Shown in pieces: positions 1-13,413 of a DNA stretch of 64,000 bases. Origin of the DNA: Centroscyllium fabricii (Eukaryota); assembly GCA_051313645.2 (NCBI GenBank), contig JBNRSN020000118.1, positions 1,178,001 to 1,242,000 on the forward strand, given 5' to 3'. Both the position numbers and the translations under genes were made by a program. The stretch's first letter is position 1; the number at the start of each line of letters is the position of its first letter. The notes beneath the pieces were generated by a model, which saw nothing but the letters and a program-made list of their open reading frames with translations, made no database searches and was not told the DNA's origin.

Positions 1-169
1 TGCTGTTGTGCACACTGTACAGATGCTCATCTTGTTGTGGTGCAAACTGTACAGATGTTCATCATGTTGTGGTACACACTGTACAGATGTTCATCATGTT
101 GTGGTGCACACTGTACAGATGTTCATCTTGTTGTGGTGCACACTGTACAGACGTTCATCATGTTGTGGT

Positions 170-3100
170 GCACACTGTACAGATGTTCAACATGTTGTGG
201 TGCACACTGTACAGATGTTCATCATGTTGTGGTGCACACTGTACAGATGTTCATCATGTTGTGGTGCACAATGTACAGATGTTCATCTTGTTGTGGTGCA
301 CACTGTACATATGTTGATCATGTTGTGGTGCACATTGTACAGATGTTCATCATGTTGTGGTGCACACTGTACAGATGTTCATCTTGTTGTGGAGCACATT
401 GTACAGATGTTCATCATGTTGTGGTGCACACTGTACAGATGTTCATCATGTTGTGGTGCACACTTTACAGATGTTCATCATGTTGTGGTGCACACTGTAC
501 AGATGTTCATCATGTTGTGGTGCACACTGTACAAATGCTCATCTTATTGTGTTGCACACTGTACAGATGTTCATCTTGTTGTGGTGCACACTGTACAGAT
601 GTTCATCATGTTGTGCTGCACACTGTTCAGATGATCATCTTGTTGTGGTGCACACTTTACGGATGTTCATCATGTTGTGGAGCACAATGTACAGATGTTC
701 ATCATGTTGTTGTGCACAATTTAGAGATGTTCATCATGTTGTGGTGCACACTGTACAGATGTTGATCTTGTTGTGGTGCACACTGTACAGATGTTCATCT
801 TTTTGTGTTGCACACTGTACAGATGTTCATCTTGTTGTGCTGCACACTGTACAGATGTTCATCATGTTGTGGTGCACTTTTTACAGATGTTCATCTTGTT
901 GTGGTGCACATTGTAGAGATGGACACCATGTTGGGGTGCACACTGTACAGATGTTCATCTTGTTGTGGTGCACACTGTACAGATGTTCATCATGTTGTAG
1001 TGCACACTGTGCAGATGTTCATCTTGTTGTGGTGCACACTGTACAGATGTTCATCTTGTTGTGGTGCACATTGTACAGATGTTCATCATGTTGTGGTGCA
1101 TACTGTACAGATGTACATCTTGTTGTGGTGCACACTGTACAGATGTTCATCATGTTGTGGTGCACACTTTACAGATGTTCATCCTGCTGTTGTGCACACT
1201 GTACAGATGCTCATCTTGTTGTGGTGCAAACTGTACAGATGTTCATCATGTTGTGGTACACAGTGCACAGATGTTCATCATGTTGTGGAGCACACTGTAC
1301 AGATGTTCATCTTGTTGTGGTGCAGACTGTACAGATGTTCATCATGTTGTGGTGCACACTGTACAGATGTTCATCATGTTGTGGTGCACACTGTACAAAT
1401 GTTCATCTTATTGTGTTGAACACTGTACAGATGTTCATCTTGTTGTGGTGCACACTGTACAGATGTTCATCATGTTGTGGTGCACAATGTACAGATGTTC
1501 ATCTTGTTGTGGTGCACACTGTACAGATGTTCATCTTGTTGTGGTGCACACTGTACAGATGTTCACCATATTGTGGTGCACACTGTACAGATGTTCATCT
1601 TTTAGTGGGGCACACTCTACAGATGTTCATCATGTTCTGGTGCACACTGTACAGATGTACATCATGTTGTGGTGCACAGTGTACAGATGTTCATCATGTT
1701 GTGGTGCGCACTGTACAGATGTTCATCATGTCGTGGTGCACATTGTATAGATGTTCATCATGTTGTGGTGCACACTGTACAGACGTTCATCATGTTGTTG
1801 TGCACACTGTACAGATGTTCATCATGTTGTGGTGCACAATGTACAGATGTTCATCTTGTGGTGGTGCACACTGTACAGATGTTCATCATGTTGTGGTGCA
1901 CACTGTACAGATGTTCAACATGTTGTGGTGCGCACTGTACAGATGTTCATCATGTTGTGGTGCACACAGTACAGATTTTCATCATGTTGTTGTGCACAAT
2001 GTACAGATGTTCATCTTGTTGTGGTGCTCACTGTACAGATGTTCATCATGTTGTGGTGCACATTGTACAGATGTTCATCATGTTGTGGTGCACACTGTAC
2101 AGATGTTCATCATGTTGTGGTGCACACTGTACATAAGTTCATCATGTTGTGGTGCACACTGTACAGATGTTCATCTTGTTGTGGTGCACAATGTACAGAT
2201 GTTCATCATGATGTGGTGCACACTGTACAGATGTTCATCATGTTGTGGTGCACACTGTACAGATGTTCATGATGTTGTGGTGCACACTGTACAGATGTTC
2301 ATCATGTTGTGGTGCACACTGTAGAAATGTTCATCTTATTGTGTTGCACACTGTACAGATGTTCATCTTATTGTGGTGCACACTGTACAGATGTTCATCA
2401 TGTTGTGGTGCACACTGTACAGATGTTCATCTTGTTGTGGTGCACACTGTACAGATGTTCATCTTGTTGTGGTGCACACTGTACAGATGTTCATCATATT
2501 GTGGTGCACACTGTACAGATGTGCATCTTGTTGTGGGGCACACTGTACAGATGTTCATCATGTTGTGGTGCACACTGTACAGATGTTCATCATGTTGTGG
2601 TGCACACTGTACAGATGTTCACCTTTTTTGGTGCACACTGTACAGATGCTCATCTTGTTGTGGTGCACACTGTACAGATGTTTATCATGTTGCGGTGCAC
2701 ACTGTACAGATGTTTATCATGTTGTGGTGCACGCTGTACAGATGTTCACCTTCTTGTGGTGTGCACAGTACAGATGTTCATCATGTTGTGGTGCACACTG
2801 TACAGATGTTCCTCATGTTGTGGTGCACACTGTACAGATGTTCATCTTATTGTGGTGCACACTGTACATATGTTCATCTTGTTGTGGTGCACACTGTACA
2901 GATGTTCATCATGTTGTGGAGCACACTGTACAGATTTTCACCATGTTGTGGTGCACAATGTACAGACGTTCATCATGTTGTGGTGCACACTGTACAGATG
3001 ATCATCTTGTTCTGGTTCACATTGTTCAGATTTTCACCATGTTGTGCTGCGCACTGTACAGATGTCCATCTTGTTGTGGTGCCCACTGTACAGATGTTCA

Positions 3101-6100
3101 TCATGTTGTAGTGCACACTGTGCAGATGTTCATCTTGTTGTGGTGCACACTGTACAGATGTTCATCTTGTTGTGGTGCACATTGTACAGATGTTCATCAT
3201 CTTGTGGTGCATACTGTACAGATGTACATCTTGTTGTGGTGCACACTGTACAGATGTTCATCATGTTGTGGTGCACACTTTACAGATGTTCATCATGCTG
3301 TTGTGCACACTGTACAGATGCTCATCGTGTTGTGGTGCAAACTGTACAGATGATCATCATGTTGTGCTACACACTGTACAGATGTTCATCTTTTTTTGTT
3401 GCTCACTGTACAGATGTTCATCTTGTTGTGGTGCACACTGTACAGATGTTCATCATGTTGTGGTGCACACTGTACAGATGTTCATCATGTTGTAGTGCAC
3501 ACTGTGCAGATGTTCATCTTGTTGTGGTGCACACTGTACAGATGTTCATCTTGTTGTGGTGCACATTGTACAGATGTTCATCATGTTGTGGTGCATACTG
3601 TACAGATGTACATCTTATTGTGGTGCACACTGTACAGATGTTCATCATTTTGTGGTGCACACTTTACAGATGTTCATCATGCTGTTGTGCACACTGTACA
3701 GATGCTCATCTTGTTGTGGTGCACACTGTACAGATGTTCATCATGTTGAGGTGCACACTGTACAGATGTTCATCATGTTGTGGTACACACTGTACAGATG
3801 TTCATCATGTTGTGGAGCACACTGTACAGATGTTCAGCTTGTTGTGGTGCACACTGTACAGATGTTCATCATGTTGTGGTGCACACTGTACAGATGTTCA
3901 TCAAGTTGTGGTACACACTGTACAAATGTTCATCTTATTGTGTTGAACACTGTACAGATGTTCATCTTGTTGTGGTGCACACTTTACAGATGTTCATAAT
4001 GTTGTGGTGCACAATGTACAGATGTTCATCTTGTTGTGGTGCACACTGTACAGATGTTCATCTTGTTGTGGTGCACATTGTACAGATGTTCATCATATTG
4101 AGGTGCACACTGTACAGATGTTCATCTTGTTGTGGGGCACACTGTACAGATGTTCATCATGTTGTGGTGCACACTGTACAGATGTTCATCATGGTGTGCT
4201 GCACACTGTACAGATGTTCATCATGTTGTGGTGCACACTGTACAGATGTTCATCATGTTGTGGTGCACATTGTATAGATGTTCATCATGTTGTGGTGCAC
4301 ACTGTACAGACGTTCATCATGTTGTTGTGCACACTGTACAGATGTTCACAATGTTGTGGTGCACAATGTACAGATGTTCATCTTGTTGTTGTGCACACTG
4401 TACAGATGTTCATCATGTTGTGGTGCACACTGTACAGATGTTCATCATGTGGTGGTGCACACTGTACAGATGTTCATCTTGTTGTGGTGCACACTGTACA
4501 GATGTTCATCATGTTGTGGTGCACACTGTACAGATGTTCATCATGTTGTGGTGCACACTGTACAGATTTTCATGATGTTGTGGTGCACACTGTACAGATG
4601 TTCATCATGTTGTGGTGCACACTGTACAAATGTTCATCTTATTGTGTTGCACACAGTACAGATGTTCATCTTGTTGTGGTGCACACTGCACAGATGTTCA
4701 TCATGTTGTGGTGCACACTGTACAGATGTTCATCTTGTTGTGGTGCACACTGTACAGATGTCCATCTTGTTGTGGTGCTCACTGTACAGATGTTCATCAT
4801 ATTGTGAGGCACACTGTACAGATGTTCATCTTGTTGTGGGGCACACTGTACAGATGTTCATCATGTTGTGGTGCACACTGTACAGATGTTCATCATGTTG
4901 TGGTGCACACTGTACAGATGTTCACCTTTTTTGGTGCACACTGTACAGATGCTCATCTTGTTGTGATGCAAACTGTGCAGATGTTCATCATGTTGTGGTA
5001 CACACTGTACAGATGTTCATCACGTTGTGGTGCACAATGTACAGATGTTCATCTTGTTGAGGTGCACACTGTACAGATGTTCATCTTGTTGTGGTGCACA
5101 CTGTACAGATGTTCATCATGTTGTGGTGCACACTGTACAGATGTTCATCATGTTGTGTTGCACACTGTACAGATGTTCATCATGTTGTGGTGCACGCTGT
5201 ACAGATGTTCAACTTCTTGTGGTGTGCACAGTACAGATGAACTTCATGTTGTGGTGCACACTGTACAGATGTTCCTCATGTTGTGGTGCACACTGTACAG
5301 ATGTTCATCTTATTGTGGTGCACACTGTACATATGTTCATCTTGTTGTGGTGCACACGGTACAGATGTTCATCTTGTTGTGGAGCACACTGTACAGATGT
5401 TCACCATGTTGTGGTGCACAATGTACAGACGTTCATCATGTTGTGGTGCACACTGTACAGATGTTCATCTTGTTGTGGTGCGCACTGTACAGATGTTCAT
5501 CTTGTTGTGTTGCACACTGTACAGATGTTCATCTTATTGTGGTGCACACTGTACAGATGTTCATCATGTTGTGGTGCACATTGTACAGATGTTCATCTTG
5601 TTGTGTTTCACATTGTACAGATGTTCACCATGTTGTGGTGCGCACTGTACAGATGTTCATCTTGTTGTGGTGCACGCTGTACAGATGTTCATCATGTTGT
5701 AGTGCACACTGTGCAGATGTTCATCTTGTTGTGGTGCACACTGTACAGATGTTCATCTTGTTGTGGTGCACATTGTACAGATGTTCATCATGTTGTGGTG
5801 CATACTGTACAGATGTGCATCTTGTTGTGGTGCACACTGTACAGATGTTCATCATGTTGTGGTGCACACTTTACAGATGTTCATCATGCTGTTGTGCACA
5901 CTGTACAGATGCTCATCTTGTTGTGGTGCAAACTGTACAGATGTTCATCATGTTGTGGTACACACTGTACAGATGTTCATCATGTTGTGGTGCACACTGT
6001 ACAGATGTTCATCTTGTTGTGGTGCACACTGTACAGATGTTCATCATGTTGTGGTGCACACTGTACAGATGTTCATCATGTTGTAGTGCACACTGTGCAG

Positions 6101-7780
6101 ATGTTCATCTTGTTGTGGTGCACACTGTACAGATGTTCATCTTGTTGTGGTGCACATTGTACAGATGTTCATCATGTTGTGGTGCACACTGTACATATGT
6201 TCATCATGTTGTAGTGCACACTGTGCAGATGTTCATCTTGTTGTGGTGCACACTGTACAGATGTTCATCATGTTGTGGTGCACATTGTACAGATGTTCAT
6301 CATGTTGTGGTGCACACTGTACAGATGTTCATCATGTTGTGGTGCGCACTGTACAGATGTTCATCATGTGGTGGTGCACACTGTACAGATGTTCATCTTG
6401 TTGTGGTGCACACTGTACAGATGTTCATCATGTTGTGGTGCACACTGTACAGATGTTCATCATGTTGTGGTGCACACTGTACAGATTTTCATGATGTTGT
6501 GGTGCACACTGTACAGATGTTCATCATGTTGTGGTGCACACTGTACAAATGTTCATCTTATTGTGTTGCACACAGTACAGATGTTCATCTTGTTGTGGTG
6601 CACACTGTACAGATGTTCATCATGTTGTGCTGCACACTGTACAGATGTTCATCTTGTTGTGGTGCACACTGTACAGATGTTCATCTTGTTGTGGTGCTCA
6701 CTGTACAGATGTTCATCATATTGTGGGGCACACTGTACAGATGTTCATCTTGTTGTGGGGCACACTGTACAGATGTTCATCATGTTGTGGTGCACACTGT
6801 ACAGATGTTCATCATGTTGTGGTGCACACTGTACAGATGTTCACCTTTTTTGGTGCACACTGTACAGATGCTCATCTTGTTGTGATGCAAACTGTGCAGA
6901 TGTTCATCATGTTGTGGTACACACTGTACAGATGTTCATCATGTTGTGGTGCACAATGTACAGATGTTCATCTTGTTGTGGTGCACACTGTACAGATGTT
7001 CATCTTGTTGTGGTGCACACTGTACAGATGTTCATCATGTTGTGGTGCACACTGTACAGATGTTCATCATGTTGTGGAGCACACTGTACAGATGTTCATC
7101 ATGTTGTGGTGCACGCTGTACAGATGTTCACCTTCTTGTGGTGTGCACAGTACAGATGAACGTCATGTTGTGGTGCACACTGTACAGATGTTCCTCATGT
7201 TGTGGTGCACACTGTACAGATGTTCATCTTATTGTGGTGCACACTGTACATATGTTCATCTTGTTGTGGTGCACACTGTACAGATGTTCATCATGTTGTG
7301 GAGCACACTGTACAGATGTTCACCATGTTGTGGTGCACAATGTACAGACGTTCATCATGTTGTGGTGCACACTGTACAGATGTTCATCTTGTTGTGGTGC
7401 GCACTGTACAGATGTTCATCTTGTTGTGTTGCACACTGTACAGATGTTCATCTTATTGTGGTGCACACTGTACAGATGTTCATCATGTTGTGGTGCACAT
7501 TGTACAGATGTTCATCTTGTTGTGTTCCACATTGTACAGATGTTCACCATGTTGTGGTGCGCACTGTACAGATGTTCATCTTGTTGTGGTGCACGCTGTA
7601 CAGATGTTCATCATGTTGTAGTGCACACTGTGCAGATGTTCATCTTGTTGTGGTGCACACTGTACAGATGTTCATCTTGTTGTGGTGCACATTGTACAGA
7701 TGTTCATCATGTTGTGGTGCATACTGTACAGATGTGCATCTTGTTGTGGTGCACACTGTACAGATGTTCATCATGTTGTG
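170..7780 (+). repeat. About 7.6 kb block duplicated at about 20673-28283 (offset 20503); its first 3.6 kb also recurs at about 16258-19865 (offset 16088)
   Basis: Rare variants appear in the same order. The 31-bp monomers at 2621/4924/6843 map to 23124/25427/27346. The 655-aa ORFs at 357, 16445 and 20860 are near-identical. TTGAGG at 3749 maps to 19837 and 24252. Boundaries are approximate. Confidence 0.93.
4430..7780 (+). repeat. Near-tandem duplication, offset 1919 bp (60 monomers minus 1 bp); repeated at about 24935-28600
   Basis: Shared markers: CATGTGGTGG at about 4446/6365, 31-bp monomer at 4924/6843, GATGAAC at about 5236/7155, GATGTGCATC at about 5812/7731. Confidence 0.9.
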
Positions 7781-9069
7781 GTGCACACTGTACAGATGAT
7801 CATCATGTTGTGGTGCACACTGTACAGATGTTCATCATGTTGTGGTGCACAATGTACAGATGTTCATCTTGTTGTGGTGCACAATGTACAGATTTTCATC
7901 ATGTTGTGGCGCACACTGTACAGATGTTCATCATGTTGTGGTGCACACTTTACAGATGTTCATCATGTTGTGGTGCACACTGTACAGATGTTCGTCATGT
8001 TGTGGTGCACACTGTACAAATGTTCATCTTATTGTGTTGCACACTGTACAGATGTTCATCTTGTTGTGGTGCACATTGTACAGATTTTCATCATGTTGTG
8101 GTGCACACTGTTCAGATGTTCATCTTGTTGTGGTGCACACTGTACAGATGTTCAACATGTTGTTGTGCACAATTTAGAGATGTTCATCATATTGTGGAGC
8201 ACAATGTACAGATGTTCATCATGTTGTTGTCCACAATTTAGAGATGTTCATCATGTTGTGGTGCACACTGTACAGATGTTCATCTTGTTGTGGTGCACAC
8301 TGTACAGATGTTCATCTTGCTGTGTTGCACACTGTACAGATGTTCATCTTTTTGTGCTGCACACTGTACAGATGTTCATCATGTTGTGGTGCACATTTTA
8401 CAGATGTTCATCTTGTTGCGGTGCACATTGTAGAGATGTTCACCATGTTGTGGTGCACACTGTACAGATGTTCATCTTGTTGTGGTGCACACTGTACAGA
8501 TGTTCATCATGTTGTTGTGCACACTGTGCAGATGTTCATCTTGTTGTGGTGCACACTGTACAGATGTTCATCTTGTTGTGGTGCACATTGTACAGATGTT
8601 CATCATGTTGTGGTGCATACTGCACTGATGTACATCTTGTTGTGGTGCACACTGTACAGATGTTCATCATATTGTGGTGCACACTTTACAGATGTTCATC
8701 ATGCTGTTGTGCACACTGTACAGATGCTCATCTTGTTGTGGTGCAAACTGTACAGATGTTCATCATGTTGTGGTACACACTGTACAGATGTTCATCATGT
8801 TGTGGAGCACACTGTACAGATGTTCATCTTGTTGTTGTGCCCACTGTACAGATGTTCATCATGTTGTGGTGCACACTGTACAGATGTTCATCATGCTGTG
8901 GTGCACACTGTACAAATGTTCATCTTATTGTGTTGAACACTGTACAGATGTTCATCTTGTTGTGGTGCACACTGTACAGATGTTCATCATGTTGTGGTGC
9001 ACAATGTACAGAGGTTCATCTTGTTGTGGTGCACACTGTACAGATGTTCATCTTGTTGTGGTGCACACT

Positions 9070-12060
9070 GTACAGATGTTCATCATATTGTGGTGCACAC
9101 TGTACAGATGTTCATCTTGTTGTGGGGCACACTGTACAGGTGTTCATCATGTTGTGGTGCACACTGTACAGATGTTCATCATGTTGTGGTGCACACTGTA
9201 CTGATGTTCATCATGTTTTGGTGCGCACTGTACAGATGTTCATCATGTTGTGGTGCACATTCTATAGATGTTCATCATGTTGTGGTGCACACTGTACAGA
9301 CGTTCATCATGTTGTTGTGCACACTGTACAGATGTTCATCATGTTGTGGTGCACAATGTACAGATGTTCATCTTGTTGTGGTGCACACTGTACAGATGTT
9401 CATCATGTTGTGGTGCACACTGTACAGATGTTCAACATGTTGTGATGCACACTGTACAGATGTTCATCATGTTGTGGTGCACACTGTACAGATGTTCATC
9501 ATGTTGTTGTGCACAATGTACAGATGTTCATCTTGTTGTGGTGCACACTGTACAGATGTTCCTCATGTTGTGGTGCACATTGTACAGATGTTCATCATGT
9601 TGTGGTGCACACTGTACAGATGTTCATCATGTTGTGGTGCACACTGTACAGATGTTCATCATGTTGTGGTGCACACTGTACAGATGTTCATCTTGTTGTG
9701 GTGCACACTGTACAGATGTTCATCATGTTGTGGTGCACACTGTACAGATGTTCATGATGTTGTGGTGCACACTGTACAAATGTTCATCTTATTTTGTTGC
9801 ACACTGTACAGATGTTCATCTTGTTGTGGTGCACACTGTACAGATGTTCATCATGTTGTGGTGCACACTGTACAGATGTTCACCTTGTTGTGGTGCACAC
9901 TGTACAGATGTTCATCTTGTTGTGGTGCACACTGTACAGATGTTCATCATATTGTGGTGCACACTGTACAGATGTTCATATTGTTGTGGGGCACACTGTA
10001 CAGATGTTCATTATGTTGTGGTGCACACTGTACAGATGTTCATCATGTTGTGGTGCACACTGTACAGATGTTCACCTTTTTTGGTGCACACTGTACAGAT
10101 GCTCATCTTGTTGTGGTGCAAACTGTACAGATGTTCATCATGTTGTGGTACACACTGTACAGATGTTCATCATGTTGTGGTGCACACTGTACAGATGTTC
10201 ATCTTGTTGTGGTGCACACTGTACAGATGTTCATCTTGTTGTGGTGCACACTGTACAGATGTTCATCAAGCTGTGGTGCACACTTTACAGATGTTCATCA
10301 TGTTGTGGTGCACACTGTACAGATGTTCATCATGTTGTGGTGCACGCTGTACAGATGTTCACCTTCTTGTGGTGTGCACAGTACAGATGTTCATCATGTT
10401 GTGGTGCACACTGTACAGATGTTCATCTTGTTGTGGTGCACACTGTACAGATGTTCATCATCTTGTGGTGCACACTGTACAGATGTTCATCTTGTTGTGG
10501 TGCACACTGTACAGATGTTCGACATGTTGTGGTGCACACTGTACAGATGTTCATCATATTGTGGTGCACACTGTACAGATGTTCATCTTGTTGTGGGGCA
10601 CACTGTACAGGTGTTCATCATGTTGTGGTGCACACTGTACAGATGTTCATCATGTTGTGGTGCACACTGTACTGATGTTCATCATGTTTTGGTGCGCACT
10701 GTACAGATCTTCATCATGTAGTGGTGCACATTCTATAGATGTTCATCATGTTGTGGTGCACACTGTAGAGACGTTCATCATGTTGTTGTGCACACTGTAC
10801 AGATGTTCATCATGTTGTGGTGCACAATGTACAGATGTTCATCTTGTTGTGGTGCACACTGTACAGATGTTCATCATGTTGTGGTGCACACTGTACAGAT
10901 GTTCAACATGTTGAGGTGCACACTGTACAGATGTTCATCATGTTGTGGTGCACACTGTACAGATGTTCATCATGTTGTTGTGCACAATGTACAGATGTTC
11001 ATCTTGTTGTGGTGCACACTGTACAGATGTTCATCATGTTGTGGTGCACATTGTACAGATGTTCATCATGTTGTGGTGCACACTGTACAGATGTTCATCA
11101 TGTTGTGGTGCACACTGTACAGATGTTCATCATGTTGTGGTGCACACTGTACAGATGTTCATCTTGTTGTGGTGCACACTGTACAGATGTTCATCATGTT
11201 GTGGTGCACACTGTACAGATGTTCATGATGTTGTGGTGCACACTGTACAGATGTTCATGATGTTGTGGTGCACACTGTACAGATGTTCATCATGTTGTGG
11301 TGCACACTGTACAAATGTTCACCTTATTGTGTTGCACACTGTACAGATGTTCATCTTGTTGTGGTGCACACTGTACAGATGTTCATCATGTTGTGGTGCA
11401 CACTGTACAGATGTTCACCTTGTTGTGGTGCACACTGTACAGATGTTCATCTTGTTGTGGTGCACACTGTACAGATGTTCATCATATTGTGGTGCACACT
11501 GTACAGATGTTCATATTGTTGTGGGGCACACTGTACAGATGTTCATTATGTTGTGGTGCACACTGTACAGATGTTCATCATGTTGTGGTGCACACTGTAC
11601 AGATGTTCACCTTTTTTGGTGCACACTGTACAGATGCTCATCTTGTTGTGGTGCAAACTGTACAGATGTTCATCATGTTGTGGTACACACTGTACAGATG
11701 TTCATCATGTTGTGGTGCACACTGTACAGATGTTCATCTTGTTGTGGTGCACACTGTACAGATGTTCATCTTGTTGTGGTGCACACTGTACAGATGTTCA
11801 TCAAGCTGTGGTGCACACTTTACAGATGTTCATCATGTTGTGGTGCACACTGTACAGATGTTCATCATGTTGTGGTGCACGCTGTACAGATGTTCACCTT
11901 CTTGTGGTGTGCACAGTACAGATGTTCATCATGTTGTGGTGCACACTGTACAGATGTTCATCTTGTTGTGGTGCACACTGTACAGATGTTCATCATCTTG
12001 TGGTGCACACTGTACAGATGTTCATCTTGTTGTGGTGCACACTGTACAGATGTTCGACAT
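9070..12060 (+). repeat. Tandem duplication with offset 1471 bp shifting to 1535 bp (two extra monomers in the second copy)
   Basis: CAGGTG at about 9137/10608 and ACTGATG at 9200/10671 give offset 1471. The 31-bp monomer at 10074/11609 gives offset 1535. Confidence 0.85.
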
Positions 12061-13413
12061 GTTGTGGTGCACACTGTAGAGATGTTCAACATGTTGTGGT
12101 GCACACTGTACAGATGTTCATCATGTTGTGGTGCACACTGTACAGATGTTCATCATGTTGTGGTGCACATTGTACAGATGTTCATCATGTTGTGGTGCAC
12201 ACTGTACAGATGTTCATCATGTTGTGGTGCACATTGTACAGATGTTCATCATGTTGTGGTGCACACTGTACAGATGTTCATCATGTTGTGGTGCACACTG
12301 TACAGATGTTCATCATGTTGTGGTGCACACTGTACAGATGTTCATCTTGTTGTGGTGCACACTGTACAGATGTTCATCATGTTGTGGTGCACACTGTACA
12401 GATGTTCATGATGTTGTGGTGCACACTGTACAGATGTTCATGATGTTGTGGTGCACACTGTACAGATGTTCATCATGTTGTGGTGCACACTGTACAAATG
12501 TTCACCTTATTGTGTTGCACACTGTACAGATGTTCATCTTGTTGTGGTGCACACTGTACAGATGTTCATCATGTTGTGGTGCACACTGTACAGATGTTCA
12601 CCTTGTTGTGGTGCACACTGTACAGATGTTCATCTTGTTGTGGTGCACACTGTACAGATGTTCATCATATTGTGGTGCACACTGTACAGATGTTCATATT
12701 GTTGTGGGGCACACTGTACAGATGTTCATTATGTTGTGGTGCACACTGTACAGATGTTCATCATGTTGTGGTGCACACTGTACAGATGTTCACCTTTTTT
12801 GGTGCACACTGTACAGATGCTCATCTTGTTGTGGTGCAAACTGTACAGATGTTCATCATGTTGTGGTACACACTGTACAGATGTTCATCATGTTGTGGTG
12901 CACACTGTACAGATGTTCATCTTGTTGTGGTGCACACTGTACAGATGTTCATCTTGTTGTGGTGCACACTGTACAGATGTTCATCAAGCTGTGGTGCACA
13001 CTTTACAGATGTTCATCATGTTGTGGTGCACACTGTACAGATGTTCATCATGTTGTGGTGCACGCTGTACAGATGTTCACCTTCTTGTGGTGTGCACAGT
13101 ACAGATGTTCATCATGTTGTGGTGCACACTGTACAGATGTTCATCTTGTTGTGGTGCACACTGTACAGATGTTCATCATCTTGTGGTGCACACTGTACAG
13201 ATGTTCATCTTGTTGTGGTGCACACTGTACAGATGTTCGACATGTTGTGGTGCACACTGTAGAGATGTTCAACATGTTGTGGTGCACACTGTACAGATGT
13301 TCATCATGTTGTGGTGCACACTGTACAGATGTTCATCATGTTGTGGTGCACATTGTACAGATGTTCATCATGTTGTGGTGCACACTGTACAGATGTTCAT
13401 CATGTTGTGGTGC
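11010..13413 (+). repeat. Apparently perfect tandem duplication, unit 1183 bp (37 monomers minus 1 bp)
   Basis: ORFs 11297..12079 and 12480..13262 translate identically. The 31-bp monomer lies at 11609/12792. Confidence 0.92.

Noticed and set aside
1005-1011. CACTGTG/CACAGTG matching the V(D)J RSS heptamer in a recurrent variant
   Set aside because: No credible nonamer at 12-bp spacing (about 4/9 match), no nonamer-like T/A run nearby, and no V/J segments or Transib-like ends.
2619-2632. T6 run in the 31-bp monomer as a terminator or frameshift site
   Set aside because: There is no GC-rich hairpin or Pol III gene upstream, and its distribution is explained by block duplication.
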